This document shows positions 8,129 to 17,120 of a DNA stretch of 63,567 bases, piece after piece. The DNA is from Kiritimatiellia bacterium (lineage in GTDB: Bacteria > Verrucomicrobiota > Kiritimatiellia > CAIQIC01 > Lenti-01): assembly GCA_017540905.1 (NCBI GenBank), contig JAFYAC010000094.1:1-63567 (forward strand), read 5' to 3'. The notes beneath the pieces are model-generated. The model was not told the origin of the DNA and ran no database searches. It saw nothing but the letters and a program-made list of their open reading frames with translations. How positions within the stretch are numbered: the stretch's first letter is position 1; each line of letters opens with the position of its first letter. The translations under genes and the position numbers were made by a program.

Positions 8129-10075
8129 CTATTGCCCGGCGGCGGCGGCGCGCTTGGCGGCGCGGCGTTCCAGGCGGCGCACGTTGAGGCGGGAGACCTC
8201 GCTGGAGGCCTTGTCGGCGATGCATGCGCGGAAGACGGCGAGGGCTTCCTCCTCCCGCCCCATGCGGACCAGCTGGAGCCCGAGCTGCTCGCGGAAAAAG
8301 GTGTGGCGGCACTGGTATTCCGCGGCGCGCCGGCAGTGGGCGAGAGCGGCTTCCGCGTTGCCGGCGGCGTTCTCGGCGCGGGCGAGGGCGTACTCGACCT
8401 CCATGTCGCACGGGTTCAGGCGGGCGGCTTCGGAGAGCGCCTCGATGGCGGCATCGGCCCGTTCGCGGCGTCCGGCCGCCTGCAGGGCGGGATCGGGGGC
8501 GCGGTAGAGGCTCGCCTGCGTCGCCTTGAGGGTCCCCAGCCCCAGCCAGGGCTGCCAGTTGGAGGAATCCCAGCGGATGGCGCGCCGGTAGGCGGCTTCG
8601 GCCGGCCCGTACTCCAGCGAATTGCGGGCGGCCTCGCCCTTGAGCGTCCACACGTACGAAATCCCGCCGGCCAGCGAGAACCACAATCCCGCGCCGCACG
8701 CCGCGGCGGCCAGGACCGACAGGACGGCCCGCGCCGCACGCCCGCCGGGAGCCCAACCGGCCCCTTCCCGCGCGGCGGCCCGCCCGAGGGCCAGGCCGCA
8801 GACCATCACCAGGATGTGGGGGTTGGGAAAAATGTGGAAGTTGAAATCGAAAAGCGAATGGAGGGCGGACGCGGCCAGCGCCCCGGCGGCGGCGGCGGAC
8901 AGGAACGCGGTGCCGGCATCGCGCGAACGGACGGCGCGGACGGCGAAGAGGGCGAACGCCCAGAGATACAGCGTGCCGGCCAGCGCGGCCCCGGCGCCCC
9001 CGTACTCGACCAGCGTCTGGAGCGGATCGTTGTGGAGGTAGTCGTACGTCAGGTTCTGGTCGGTGTGGACGCGGTAGGGCGGGTAGGTCCACACGAAGCT
9101 CCCCCCGCCGTGGCCGCACCACGGGCGGTCGCGGACCATGGCCGGCGTGTCCGCCCACATCTTCGCGCGGATGCCGCCGGCCCTGACGGGGTCCTCGAGG
9201 ACCGCGCCAATCCGCTCGCGCACGGCGGGCAGGCACTTCCACGCGCCGAACCCCAGCGCGGCGAGGGCCAGAGGGATGGCCACCAGCGCGATGCCCAGCC
9301 AGCGGGCGCCGCGCCGCCAGGCCAGCAGCAGGGCGGTGGCGGAGAGGCCGGCCAGCATGCCGCCCCAACCGCTGCGCGACTGCGTCCAGTAGAGCACGGG
9401 CGCGGCCGCGGCCAGGTAGTACACGGCCATCAACCGCAGCGGCGCACCGGCCCCGGGGGCCACCAGCAGCGCGAAGGCGAGCGAAAAGCCCATCGCCAGG
9501 GCGTTCGCCAGGTGGTTCGGGCACAGGTACGTGCCGCTCGCGCGCAATCCGTACTGGTCGGACCGCTGCATCCACAGCACGGCGCGGGAGTGGTCGATCT
9601 GCCTCGACATGGCGTAAAAACACTCCACCGAAAGCGCCAGCAGCAGCAGAAACGCCCAAAATTTCCACGCTTCCCCCCGTCCGGCCACCTGGATCCAGGC
9701 CAGCGCCGCCATGCACAGGCATCCCCACTTGAGGAGGTCCCAGCGGGCCGCGGCCGGCACCGGCGCGCGCGGGCAGACCGCGGCGACGTACAGCGCCAGC
9801 GCGGCGAACGCGCACCACGTCGCCGGGATGCGCCAGGCGAAACCGCCGCGCGGGAACAGGACGGGACGGAGAAAAACCATGCCGCAGCCCGCAAACGCCA
9901 GCACCAGGCCGATGGCCCAGCTCCACACCCGCGTGGAGGCCAGCAGGTACATGCCGCCGCTGGCCGGCCAGAACAGGAGAAGCAGCGCGATCGCGCCCCA
10001 AATCCGGCAAAACCAGCCGTCCTTGCGGCGGTGGCGGGGCTCGTCGTCCCAGAATTCGGCTTCGGGATCGTGCAT
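8129..10075 (-). CDS. O-antigen ligase/polymerase-like (Wzy_C) membrane protein with C-terminal TPR repeats
   Basis: It has many transmembrane helices, Wzy_C-like segments (YWTQSRSGWGGMLAGL, HNDPLQTLVEYGGAG) and a C-terminal TPR-like region (AEAAYRRAIRWDSSNWQPWLGLG...). I chose the ATG at 10075; the track start at 10129 is a GTG. Confidence 0.8.
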   Translation of the reverse strand: MHDPEAEFWDDEPRHRRKDGWFCRIWGAIALLLLFWPASGGMYLLASTRVWSWAIGLVLAFAGCGMVFLRPVLFPRGGFAWRIPATWCAFAALALYVAAVCPRAPVPAAARWDLLKWGCLCMAALAWIQVAGRGEAWKFWAFLLLLALSVECFYAMSRQIDHSRAVLWMQRSDQYGLRASGTYLCPNHLANALAMGFSLAFALLVAPGAGAPLRLMAVYYLAAAAPVLYWTQSRSGWGGMLAGLSATALLLAWRRGARWLGIALVAIPLALAALGFGAWKCLPAVRERIGAVLEDPVRAGGIRAKMWADTPAMVRDRPWCGHGGGSFVWTYPPYRVHTDQNLTYDYLHNDPLQTLVEYGGAGAALAGTLYLWAFALFAVRAVRSRDAGTAFLSAAAAGALAASALHSLFDFNFHIFPNPHILVMVCGLALGRAAAREGAGWAPGGRAARAVLSVLAAAACGAGLWFSLAGGISYVWTLKGEAARNSLEYGPAEAAYRRAIRWDSSNWQPWLGLGTLKATQASLYRAPDPALQAAGRRERADAAIEALSEAARLNPCDMEVEYALARAENAAGNAEAALAHCRRAAEYQCRHTFFREQLGLQLVRMGREEEALAVFRACIADKASSEVSRLNVRRLERRAAKRAAAAGQ

Positions 10076-10151
10076 GGCTCGGACTCGGGGCGAAGGCGGG
10101 CGGGCGGCGGGGAACGGAGGGATTGGCACCCGCGCTTTCCGCCGGGGAGGC

Positions 10152-11291
10152 TCAGAAGTAGCTGCGGACCGCCTCGATGATGTCGTTCGGCTCGATGAGG
10201 ATGTCGTCCTCGGGCGTGCGGTCGAGCTTCCGGGCGTTGCGGACCGTCTTGAAGATGACGCCGTTGCGGCGGATGAGGACCTTGCCGCTCGCGAAATCGG
10301 TGAAGTAGCCCGACGCCGCGATGGCCTGCGAGAGCGTGATCGCCGAGACCAGCTGGAACTTGCCCTGGCTCTTGAACTCGCCCTGCGTGTAGTAGTAGCG
10401 GGTCGGAATCAGGACGGTGACGTTGATGTTCTTGTAGATGCCGCGGTCGAGGTAGATTTGCCGGATCGTCTTCTGCAACTCGGCGGCGGAAAGGCCCTCG
10501 GCCCGGACGTCGTTGATGAGCGGCAGCGGGATCATGCCGTATTCGTCCACCTGGCACTCGATTTTCTCGGGCTGGGGAATGCCCCGCAGCGTGATGGCCA
10601 CGCCGTCGCCGACGCGGAGGGCGTACGCGGCCAGTTCGGCGCCGTCGGAATGCAGCGGTTGTTCGTGGGCCGCGGGGGCCGGCACGGGCTCGGGCTCCAC
10701 CACTTCCACGGGGGCGGGCGGGGGAGGAGGCGGTGCGGGCAGTTCTTCCGGTTCTTCCCGGGTTTCGGCGGGCGCGGCCGACTCTTCGGGGATGTCTTCC
10801 GGAACGGCCTCGGCGACGGGTTCCGGCTCGGGCGCGGGGAGGATGTCGACCGGCGGCCAATCTTCTTCGGTGGCCTCGGGAATGCTCTCGATGTCCAGCT
10901 CGGGCTCCGGCTCGGCAATCGGCTCCGGCTCCGGCTCGGGAGCGGGTGCCGGTGCGGGTGCGGGCGCGGGTGCGGGCGCGGGTGCGGGTTCCGGCGCGGC
11001 AACCGGTTGGCGCTTCGCGGGGGCGGGGGACGGCTTGGCCGCCGCGGGTTTCGCGGCCGGCTTGGACGCCGCCCTGGCGGCGGGGGCCTTTTCCGGCTCC
11101 GCGGCGGGGGAGGCCGCCACGGCCGCCTGGCGGGCCTGCTGTTGCTGGCGGCGCTCCTGCATCAACGCCGCGTAGCGGTCGTACACGCGCTGGTTGGGCA
11201 CCTGCCCCGTGCTGCACCCGGCCAGCAGCGCGGCGGCCAGCACGGCGCCCCACACGCAATCCATCCACTTGTTCGCTTTCGTCCTGTCCAC
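10152..11291 (-). CDS. Polysaccharide export lipoprotein (Wza-like, Poly_export + SLBB) with a roughly 190-aa Pro/Ala/Glu-rich linker
   Basis: The lipobox is LLAGC. The linker contains (AP)n and (EP)n runs. The C-terminal part, YALRVGDGVAITLRG...LSAAELQKTIRQIYLDRGIYKNINVTV...GEFKSQGKFQL...ITLSQAIAASGG, is typical of the Wza/GfcE family. The start is GTG at 11291 or alternatively ATG at 11264. Confidence 0.85.
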   Translation of the reverse strand: MDRTKANKWMDCVWGAVLAAALLAGCSTGQVPNQRVYDRYAALMQERRQQQQARQAAVAASPAAEPEKAPAARAASKPAAKPAAAKPSPAPAKRQPVAAPEPAPAPAPAPAPAPAPAPEPEPEPIAEPEPELDIESIPEATEEDWPPVDILPAPEPEPVAEAVPEDIPEESAAPAETREEPEELPAPPPPPPAPVEVVEPEPVPAPAAHEQPLHSDGAELAAYALRVGDGVAITLRGIPQPEKIECQVDEYGMIPLPLINDVRAEGLSAAELQKTIRQIYLDRGIYKNINVTVLIPTRYYYTQGEFKSQGKFQLVSAITLSQAIAASGYFTDFASGKVLIRRNGVIFKTVRNARKLDRTPEDDILIEPNDIIEAVRSYF

Positions 11292-11301
11292 GGTCGGCCC
11301 C

Positions 11302-13422
11302 TTACGCTTCTTCGGCTTCGTCGTCCTTGTCGTGGCGACTGCTGCCGTAATATTTCTTCGTCGTGTAGTGGTAGTAGTAATAGTAGTCGTCGCGCATGAT
11401 GTTGATGTTGTTGAGGACCGCGCCGAGCAGGTGCCCGCCGGCGTTCTCGACCATGCGCTTCGCGCGCAGCGAAATGATCTTCGGGTACTTGCGGTACTGC
11501 ACCACCAGCAGCACGCCGTCCACTTCGCCCGCCAGGATCGACGCGTCGGTCACGCCCAGGATCGGCGGGGAGTCGAAGAAGATGTAGTCGTACTGGTCGC
11601 GGATCTCGTCGATCACATTCCGCAGGCGCTGGTTGTTCAGGATGCCGATGACGCCGCGGCGCAGGCGGCCGGACGGGACCATCCAGAGGTTCGGGACGCC
11701 GGTCTCGACCGTGTAGTCGGAAATCTTGCCCTCGCCGACGAGGACGTTGACCAGGCCCTTGCGGTTGGAGATGCCCACCATCTTGTGCTGCACCGGGCGG
11801 CGCAGGTCGCTGTCGATGACCATCACCCGGCTGCCCTGCTCGGCGCAGACGTAGGCGAGGTTGAAGAGGGTCGTGGACTTGCCTTCGCCCACGCCGCCGG
11901 AGATGACCGCGAAGACCTTCTTGCCGCCTTCCTTGGCCAGCATGTCCAGGCTCGTGCGCAGCCCGCGGTAGGCTTCGCCCTGGCCGCTGGACTGCCCGGC
12001 CTCGGTCAGCGGCCGCGACTGCTGCGGGATGACCGCCACCACGGAGAGGCCGAGGTACTTTTCGACTTCGTCCACCGTCTTCAGCGACACGTCGAGGTAT
12101 TCGACGAAGAACGCCAGGCCGATGCCCGCGAGGATGCCGAGGATCACGCTCAGCACGATGTTCAGCACCACGAGCGGGCTCGACGGCCGGTTCGGCGGCT
12201 CCGCCTCTTCGACCACGTTCACCAGCGTCTGCGGCACCTCCACCTCGATCCCGGCCTGCGCGATGCGGGCGCGGAGCGCGCCCAGGATGGTGCGCTGGAT
12301 GTCCACGTTGCGCTCCGCGCGGCTGAAGGGCAGGTAGTCGGTCCCTTCGCTGGCGATTTCCTCTTCCTTGATCGTGTTGAGTTCCTGCTCGAGCGATTCG
12401 AATTTCTTGCGCGCCACCTCGTATTCCGTGCGCAACCCGGCCTTGAGGCCTTCCAGCGCGCCGTCGCGTTGGCGCGTCAGTTCGGCGACCGCCGCCTTCA
12501 GGCGCAGGATTTCGGGGTGGTTTTCGCCCAGGACGCCTTCGTCCAGCGCGTTCTGCAGGAGGACCTGGCTCTTGACCAGTTCCTGCCGCAGGTTCATCAG
12601 CATGGAGTCGGGGACGAGGTAGGCGGCCGCTTCCATCAGCTTGTCGCCCTCCAGGTTCTCCAGGGCGTCGAGGCGGGTCTTGCGGACGATCATGTCCACG
12701 CGCGCGACGCTCAGCTCGCTCTGGAGGGAATTGAGTCGGGTGGTGTCGATGTTGACGCTGTTGTCGCCGTGGCCGACGCGCGTGATGCCCTTCTCCTGGC
12801 GGATGCGCTCGAGTTCGTTTTCGGCCTCTTCGACCTTGTCCTGCTGCTTGCGGACTTCGTTGCCGATCGCGTCGATGGCCCGCTGCATCTCGCGGCGCTT
12901 GTTCTGGAGGCGGCGGGCGCGGTAGACGCCGGCGATTTCGTTGGCGATCTCGGCGGAGAGGGTGCGGTCCTTGGTGGTCGCCGAGATGTTCATCAGGGTG
13001 GTGTCGCGGTCCTGCTCCACGCGGATGCTCCGCTGGAGGAGCTGGAGCGTCGTGTCCGCGTCCAGCGGCGCCTTGTCGTCGTTGAGTTCCGCGCCCCAGA
13101 CCTGCTGGAGGCGGAGGTTGCGGATGACTTCCTGGAGGACGGGTCGGGACGTCATGACCTTTTCCTGCGTCAGCAGGAAGAACGGGTCGTACCCGCCCAC
13201 GCGGCCGCGGTTCTGCTCGTAGTAGAAGGGGTCGACGTCGAGCCGGTCCTGGCGCACTTCGAGCTGGGTGGTGGCGGTGTACCGCTTCGGCATCATCAGG
13301 GTGTACGACGTGCCGGCCACGATGGTCATCAGGGCGACGGCGAGGATGACTTCCTTGCGGTCGCGGATCACGCGCCAGTAGTCGAGGAATTGCAGTGCCG
13401 AATTCGAAGTGTCTTCTGCCAT
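11302..13422 (-). CDS. Polysaccharide co-polymerase / tyrosine autokinase (Wzc/GumC/EpsG-like)
   Basis: It has an N-terminal Wzz chain-length domain, a long coiled coil, a second transmembrane helix, the P-loop ISGGVGEGKSTT, and a Tyr-rich tail (DDYYYYYHYTTKKYY). Confidence 0.9.
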   Translation of the reverse strand: MAEDTSNSALQFLDYWRVIRDRKEVILAVALMTIVAGTSYTLMMPKRYTATTQLEVRQDRLDVDPFYYEQNRGRVGGYDPFFLLTQEKVMTSRPVLQEVIRNLRLQQVWGAELNDDKAPLDADTTLQLLQRSIRVEQDRDTTLMNISATTKDRTLSAEIANEIAGVYRARRLQNKRREMQRAIDAIGNEVRKQQDKVEEAENELERIRQEKGITRVGHGDNSVNIDTTRLNSLQSELSVARVDMIVRKTRLDALENLEGDKLMEAAAYLVPDSMLMNLRQELVKSQVLLQNALDEGVLGENHPEILRLKAAVAELTRQRDGALEGLKAGLRTEYEVARKKFESLEQELNTIKEEEIASEGTDYLPFSRAERNVDIQRTILGALRARIAQAGIEVEVPQTLVNVVEEAEPPNRPSSPLVVLNIVLSVILGILAGIGLAFFVEYLDVSLKTVDEVEKYLGLSVVAVIPQQSRPLTEAGQSSGQGEAYRGLRTSLDMLAKEGGKKVFAVISGGVGEGKSTTLFNLAYVCAEQGSRVMVIDSDLRRPVQHKMVGISNRKGLVNVLVGEGKISDYTVETGVPNLWMVPSGRLRRGVIGILNNQRLRNVIDEIRDQYDYIFFDSPPILGVTDASILAGEVDGVLLVVQYRKYPKIISLRAKRMVENAGGHLLGAVLNNINIMRDDYYYYYHYTTKKYYGSSRHDKDDEAEEA

Positions 13423-13535
13423 GGGTCAATCCATCCGGGGGAGTGGGGGTGGGTGGGGGTGGGCGGTGGGGGAATCGGAGGCTTTCCGTCTATCCAAAGG
13501 CGGGGGAGGCGGTTTTCCGCGCTCCCCCGCATACA

Positions 13536-13562
13536 GGAAAAAGGCGGCCCGTGAGCCGCCTG
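13536..13562 (-). terminator. Rho-independent terminator after the outer-membrane barrel gene
   Basis: The minus strand reads GGCGGCTCACGGGCCGCC followed by TTTTT. Confidence 0.6.
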
Positions 13563-13581
13563 TTTCCCGGATGCGCGCCGG

Positions 13582-14766
13582 TCAGAAGAGCTGGATCTTC
13601 CAGCCGAGGTCCACGCGGTTGCGGTCGTAGTCCGCCTGGCCCAGCACGTCGCTGTCCATCTTGGTGAAGGTGTAGCCGAGCTCGAGCCAGTTGATGCGGT
13701 GGATCCGGTACGAGAGGCGGGCGCTGGCCAGGTAGCTGGTCTCGTCGTCGTCGCCGTATTCCGCCTCGTTGAACGAGTAGTCGCCTTCGAACTTGCTGAA
13801 GGCCACCGAGCCGTTCGCGTACAGCGTCAGCTTGTCCGTGAAGTCGTGCGCCAGGTTCAGCGCGAGCGTGCCGCGGTTCTCGCTGGCGTAGGCGCCCACG
13901 TCGGACTCCGAGACGCTGTAGCCGCCGGACAGGGTCAGGCGGGTGTCCGGGGTCGGCATGATGGTGAACGATCCGTCCACGTAGGGCTTGGTGTTGTCGT
14001 CGAACCGGTCCAGATCGTACTCGCGGTGCTGCACGCCGCCGCGGATCATGGCGACCAGCTTGTCGCTGAGGGTCTGCTCGAGGCCGACGCCGCCGTAGAA
14101 GGAATCGGCGTCGCGCTTGAGCTCGCTCTTCGCGTCGGGATAGCGCAGGGCCTGGTAGCGGAAATCGGCGAACACCGTGGTGTAGCTCGCCAGCTGCTGG
14201 CGCAGGCTCGCGCCGCCGGCCGCCTGCCAGTAGTTGTCCGCTTCGCGCTCGTCCTCGTTGTACTCCAGGAACGAATAGCGGCCGCTCAGGTCAATCCGCG
14301 TCTGCGGCAGCACGTTGTACGCCAACGTCGCCACCGCGCTGTTGTTGTAGTTGTCGTCGTCGGCGCGGACGCGGTAGCCGTCGCTCTCCAGCTCGGGCAG
14401 CTGGCTCGCGCGGAGGGTGTCCTTGAAGGAGAACGTCAGCTGCGGGGTCAGGTTGTAGCTCAGGCTCGCGGTCAGGTCGTGCAGGAAGTCCGTCTCGTCG
14501 CTCTCGCGCTCCGGCTCCCACAGCAGGGAGGGACGGTAGTCGATGCCGACGTACAGGCGCTCGAGGGCGAGGTTCAGCTTGACCTCGATCTCTTCCACCA
14601 GGCGGAAGCTCTTCTGCTTGTCGTCTTCCGAGCTGTAGATGTTGTCGTCATAGCCGACGCGCAGGCGGTTGTACAGGTGGAAAGGCTGCGATTGCGTCTG
14701 CGCGAAACCCGTCATGGCAAACGCCGCCAGCAGGGCGGCAACCGAGATACCTTGCAATGTTTTCAT
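13582..14766 (-). CDS. Outer-membrane beta-barrel protein, probably EPS-export associated
   Basis: The signal peptide is MKTLQGISVAALLAAFAMTGFAQ. The sequence shows alternating amphipathic strands rich in Y/D/N and ends in a C-terminal aromatic residue (IQLF). It is co-oriented with wzc and wza. Confidence 0.7.
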   Translation of the reverse strand: MKTLQGISVAALLAAFAMTGFAQTQSQPFHLYNRLRVGYDDNIYSSEDDKQKSFRLVEEIEVKLNLALERLYVGIDYRPSLLWEPERESDETDFLHDLTASLSYNLTPQLTFSFKDTLRASQLPELESDGYRVRADDDNYNNSAVATLAYNVLPQTRIDLSGRYSFLEYNEDEREADNYWQAAGGASLRQQLASYTTVFADFRYQALRYPDAKSELKRDADSFYGGVGLEQTLSDKLVAMIRGGVQHREYDLDRFDDNTKPYVDGSFTIMPTPDTRLTLSGGYSVSESDVGAYASENRGTLALNLAHDFTDKLTLYANGSVAFSKFEGDYSFNEAEYGDDDETSYLASARLSYRIHRINWLELGYTFTKMDSDVLGQADYDRNRVDLGWKIQLF

Positions 14767-14805
14767 TCGTTTTGCTCCTTAGGGATGGGACTGGATTCGG
14801 GGAAA

Positions 14806-15384
14806 TCAGTGGGGGGTCGGAGGGGTGGGCTTCGAGCGCCGGCGGTCCGAGGACTCGACCTGGCTCAGCACCGTCTTGACCGTGTCGGCCGGGATGATTT
14901 CATGGATGGAATGGCTGCCGGTGCGGAGGTCCGCAATCAGCGGGTCCGTGCTCGTGAAGCCGAGGTTCGACGCCACGACTTCGGGCAGCGCGTCCACCGA
15001 ACCGAGGGCTTCGCTCGCCGCGCTCAGGTTGATTCCCATCGCGCTCAGCGCGTCCACCCAGGACTGCGGGTCTTCGGGATTCTCCACCTCGTCCTCGCTC
15101 TGGAGCGACTGCACCAGAACGCGGGCCAAATCGCCTTTTGTGACGGGCGTTTCCGCGTCCATCGTCCAGCCTTCCGCCGGGGCGATGCCGTTCTGCATCA
15201 GGATGTTGAACTGCTGCTGGACCGTGGCACCCGCGGGCAGGTATTCGGCCAAACCGAGCGCTTTCACCAGAAGGTCGGCCAATTGCGAATACGTCAGCGC
15301 CTGCCCCCTCGTGGGCGTGCCCTGCGCAAACGCGACGGAAGCGGTCATCAAGCCCGCCAACACAATCATCAGCATTTTTTTCAT
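14806..15384 (-). CDS. Secreted hypothetical protein (SLH-like N-terminal motif)
   Basis: I start at MKKMLMIVLAGLMTASVAFAQG (ATG at 15384), which is a signal peptide. ALTYSQLADLLVKALGL resembles an SLH motif. The track start at 15483 adds an unlikely extension. Confidence 0.65.
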   Translation of the reverse strand: MKKMLMIVLAGLMTASVAFAQGTPTRGQALTYSQLADLLVKALGLAEYLPAGATVQQQFNILMQNGIAPAEGWTMDAETPVTKGDLARVLVQSLQSEDEVENPEDPQSWVDALSAMGINLSAASEALGSVDALPEVVASNLGFTSTDPLIADLRTGSHSIHEIIPADTVKTVLSQVESSDRRRSKPTPPTPH

Positions 15385-15559
15385 TCTTTTTCTCCCTGGT
15401 CCAGTTGCGGCCACGCCATCCTCCGCAGACGGTTTCCGCATTTCTTTGGCACGCATAGTGCCCGATTCCCCTTCCACCGTCAACTGTTATTTTCCCGGAC
15501 GGACGCTCACGGCGCCCCCCCCCCTTCCGCCCCGCCGCACCCCGCCCGCGCGGCATGTC

Positions 15560-15588
15560 TGGACAAGCCGCCGCGCTTGTTGTAAAAA
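15560..15588 (+). promoter_or_regulatory. Sigma70-like promoter TGGACA-17-TAAAAA upstream of the usp gene
   Basis: TGGACA is at 15560-15565 and TAAAAA at 15583-15588, with a 17-nt spacer. The GAAGGAGG ribosome-binding site is at 15614-15621. Confidence 0.4.
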
Positions 15589-15626
15589 ACCGCAGAACAG
15601 CGTGCGCGCACGCGAAGGAGGCAGCC

Positions 15627-16469
15627 ATGATCAAAAACATCATGTTCGGCAGCGACGGGTCCCCCTACGGGGACGTGGCCGGGAACTACGCGTTCGATTT
15701 GGCCGACCGGCTCGATGCCCGCCTGGAGGCGGTGCACGTCGTGGATTCCCGCCGCCTGGAGACCGCCCTTCCCGCCCACGCGGCCGGTTGCCTCGCCTGG
15801 ACCCCGCCCGGCATCTCCGAACAGCTCCGGCAGATGCTCGAGGCGCGCGGGCGGTCCATCCTCGAAGGCATCGCGGCCGAGGGCGAAAAGCGCGGGATCC
15901 CGGTCGTGACGACCCTGGAATTCGGCGTCCCGCCGCTGGTCTTCGAGCAAATCCAGGTCCGCACGGAGCTGGTCGTCCTCGGGCGGCGCGGGGAACACGC
16001 CTCGTTCGGCGGGGATTATTCCGGTTCGACGATGGACCGCTTCGTGCGGCGCGCCTCGCGGTGCTGCCTGGTCACGCCGGACAAGTTCGCGCCGGTGGAC
16101 AAGATCCTCGTCGCCGTCGACGGCTCCATCAGCGCCTCCCGCGCCCTCCACGAGGCCGCCGAGCTCGCCAACGCCCTCCGCGCCCCGCTCGTCATCCTGT
16201 CGGTGGCCGACCGCGAACCGGACATGCCCGACGCCCGCGTCGCCGCCGAAAACGCCCACAGCCTCGTCCGCGCCCACGACTGCGCGGCCGTGGCCGTCAC
16301 CGCCTCCGGCGCGCCCGCCCTGCGCATCCTCGAGACCGCCGCCGCCACCGGCTGCAACCTGCTCGCGATGGGCATGCACGGCCACGGCCGCATCTACGAC
16401 CGCCTCATCGGCTCCGTCGCCGCCCACGTCCTCGCCCACGCGGACACCCCCGTCCTCCTGGTCCGCTGA
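15627..16469 (+). CDS. Universal stress protein, tandem UspA domains
   Basis: MIKNIMFGSDGSPYGD...LEAVHVVD is the first Usp domain and KILVAVDGSISASRALHEAAELA...LLAMGMHGHGRIYDRLIGSVAAHVLAHADTPVLLV is the second. A strong RBS precedes the ATG at 15627. Confidence 0.9.
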   Translation: MIKNIMFGSDGSPYGDVAGNYAFDLADRLDARLEAVHVVDSRRLETALPAHAAGCLAWTPPGISEQLRQMLEARGRSILEGIAAEGEKRGIPVVTTLEFGVPPLVFEQIQVRTELVVLGRRGEHASFGGDYSGSTMDRFVRRASRCCLVTPDKFAPVDKILVAVDGSISASRALHEAAELANALRAPLVILSVADREPDMPDARVAAENAHSLVRAHDCAAVAVTASGAPALRILETAAATGCNLLAMGMHGHGRIYDRLIGSVAAHVLAHADTPVLLVR

Positions 16470-16499
16470 CCGCCCCCCCCGCCGCCCCCGCCGCATCCG

Positions 16500-17120
16500 C
16501 TACCGCGAGGCCCGCTCCAGTTCCGCAAGGCCGATCGGCCCCTCGCGCAACACGTCCATCCGCCCCGCGGCGTCCACGCGCACCACCGTGCTCCCCCGCC
16601 CCATCCGCGCCGCCCCCCCGTCCAGCGCGAGGGCGACGTGCGGGCGCAGCGCCTCCCAGGCGCCCCGCGCGTCCACGGCGGCCGGCTCGCCGCTGCGGTT
16701 CGCGCTGGTCACCGCCGGCACCACGCCGCCAAGCGCGCGCAACCAGGCCAGCGCCACCGGATGGTCCGGAACGCGGTAGCCCACAAACACCCCGTCGGCC
16801 CCTTGCAGGACCAGGGTCAGCGGCCCGGGCCAGAAGCGCTCCGCCAGCCGCAGGGCCGCGCGCGGAACGGCCGCGCCGCCAAGCGCCGCCGCCAAATCCC
16901 CGGCCCCGGCGAGCATCCGGGCGACCGGCTTGTCCGGCCGCCGTCCCTTCGCCGCATAGAGCTTCGCCATCGCTTCCTCCGAATCCGCGCGCGCGGCCAC
17001 CCCGTACACCGTCTCCGTGGGAACGACCGCGAGCCCCCCCGCCCGGACGGTTTCCGCCGCCAGCCGGACGTTCTCGTCCGTCGGCGGCACCACGCCCCAG
17101 GCGGCCTCAGCGCCACTCAT
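16500..17120 (-). CDS. tsaC: L-threonylcarbamoyladenylate synthase (TsaC/YrdC/Sua5 family)
   Basis: VVPTETVYGVAARADSEEAMAKLYAAKGRRPDKP, FWPGPLTLVL and PAVTSANRSGEP are family hallmarks. I use the ATG at 17120, which overlaps the end of the upstream peptidase gene. Confidence 0.85.
   Translation of the reverse strand: MSGAEAAWGVVPPTDENVRLAAETVRAGGLAVVPTETVYGVAARADSEEAMAKLYAAKGRRPDKPVARMLAGAGDLAAALGGAAVPRAALRLAERFWPGPLTLVLQGADGVFVGYRVPDHPVALAWLRALGGVVPAVTSANRSGEPAAVDARGAWEALRPHVALALDGGAARMGRGSTVVRVDAAGRMDVLREGPIGLAELERASR

Noticed and set aside
7634-13554. Long track ORFs 7634..10180(+), 7890..10010(-), 9430..11268(-), 9711..11399(+), 11162..13429(-) and 11194..13554(+)
   Set aside because: These are shadow ORFs overlapping the O-antigen-ligase-like, Wza-like and Wzc-like genes. 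Their composition is dominated by R, G, P and A, and they have no recognisable motifs. The alternative frames give canonical EPS-export proteins.
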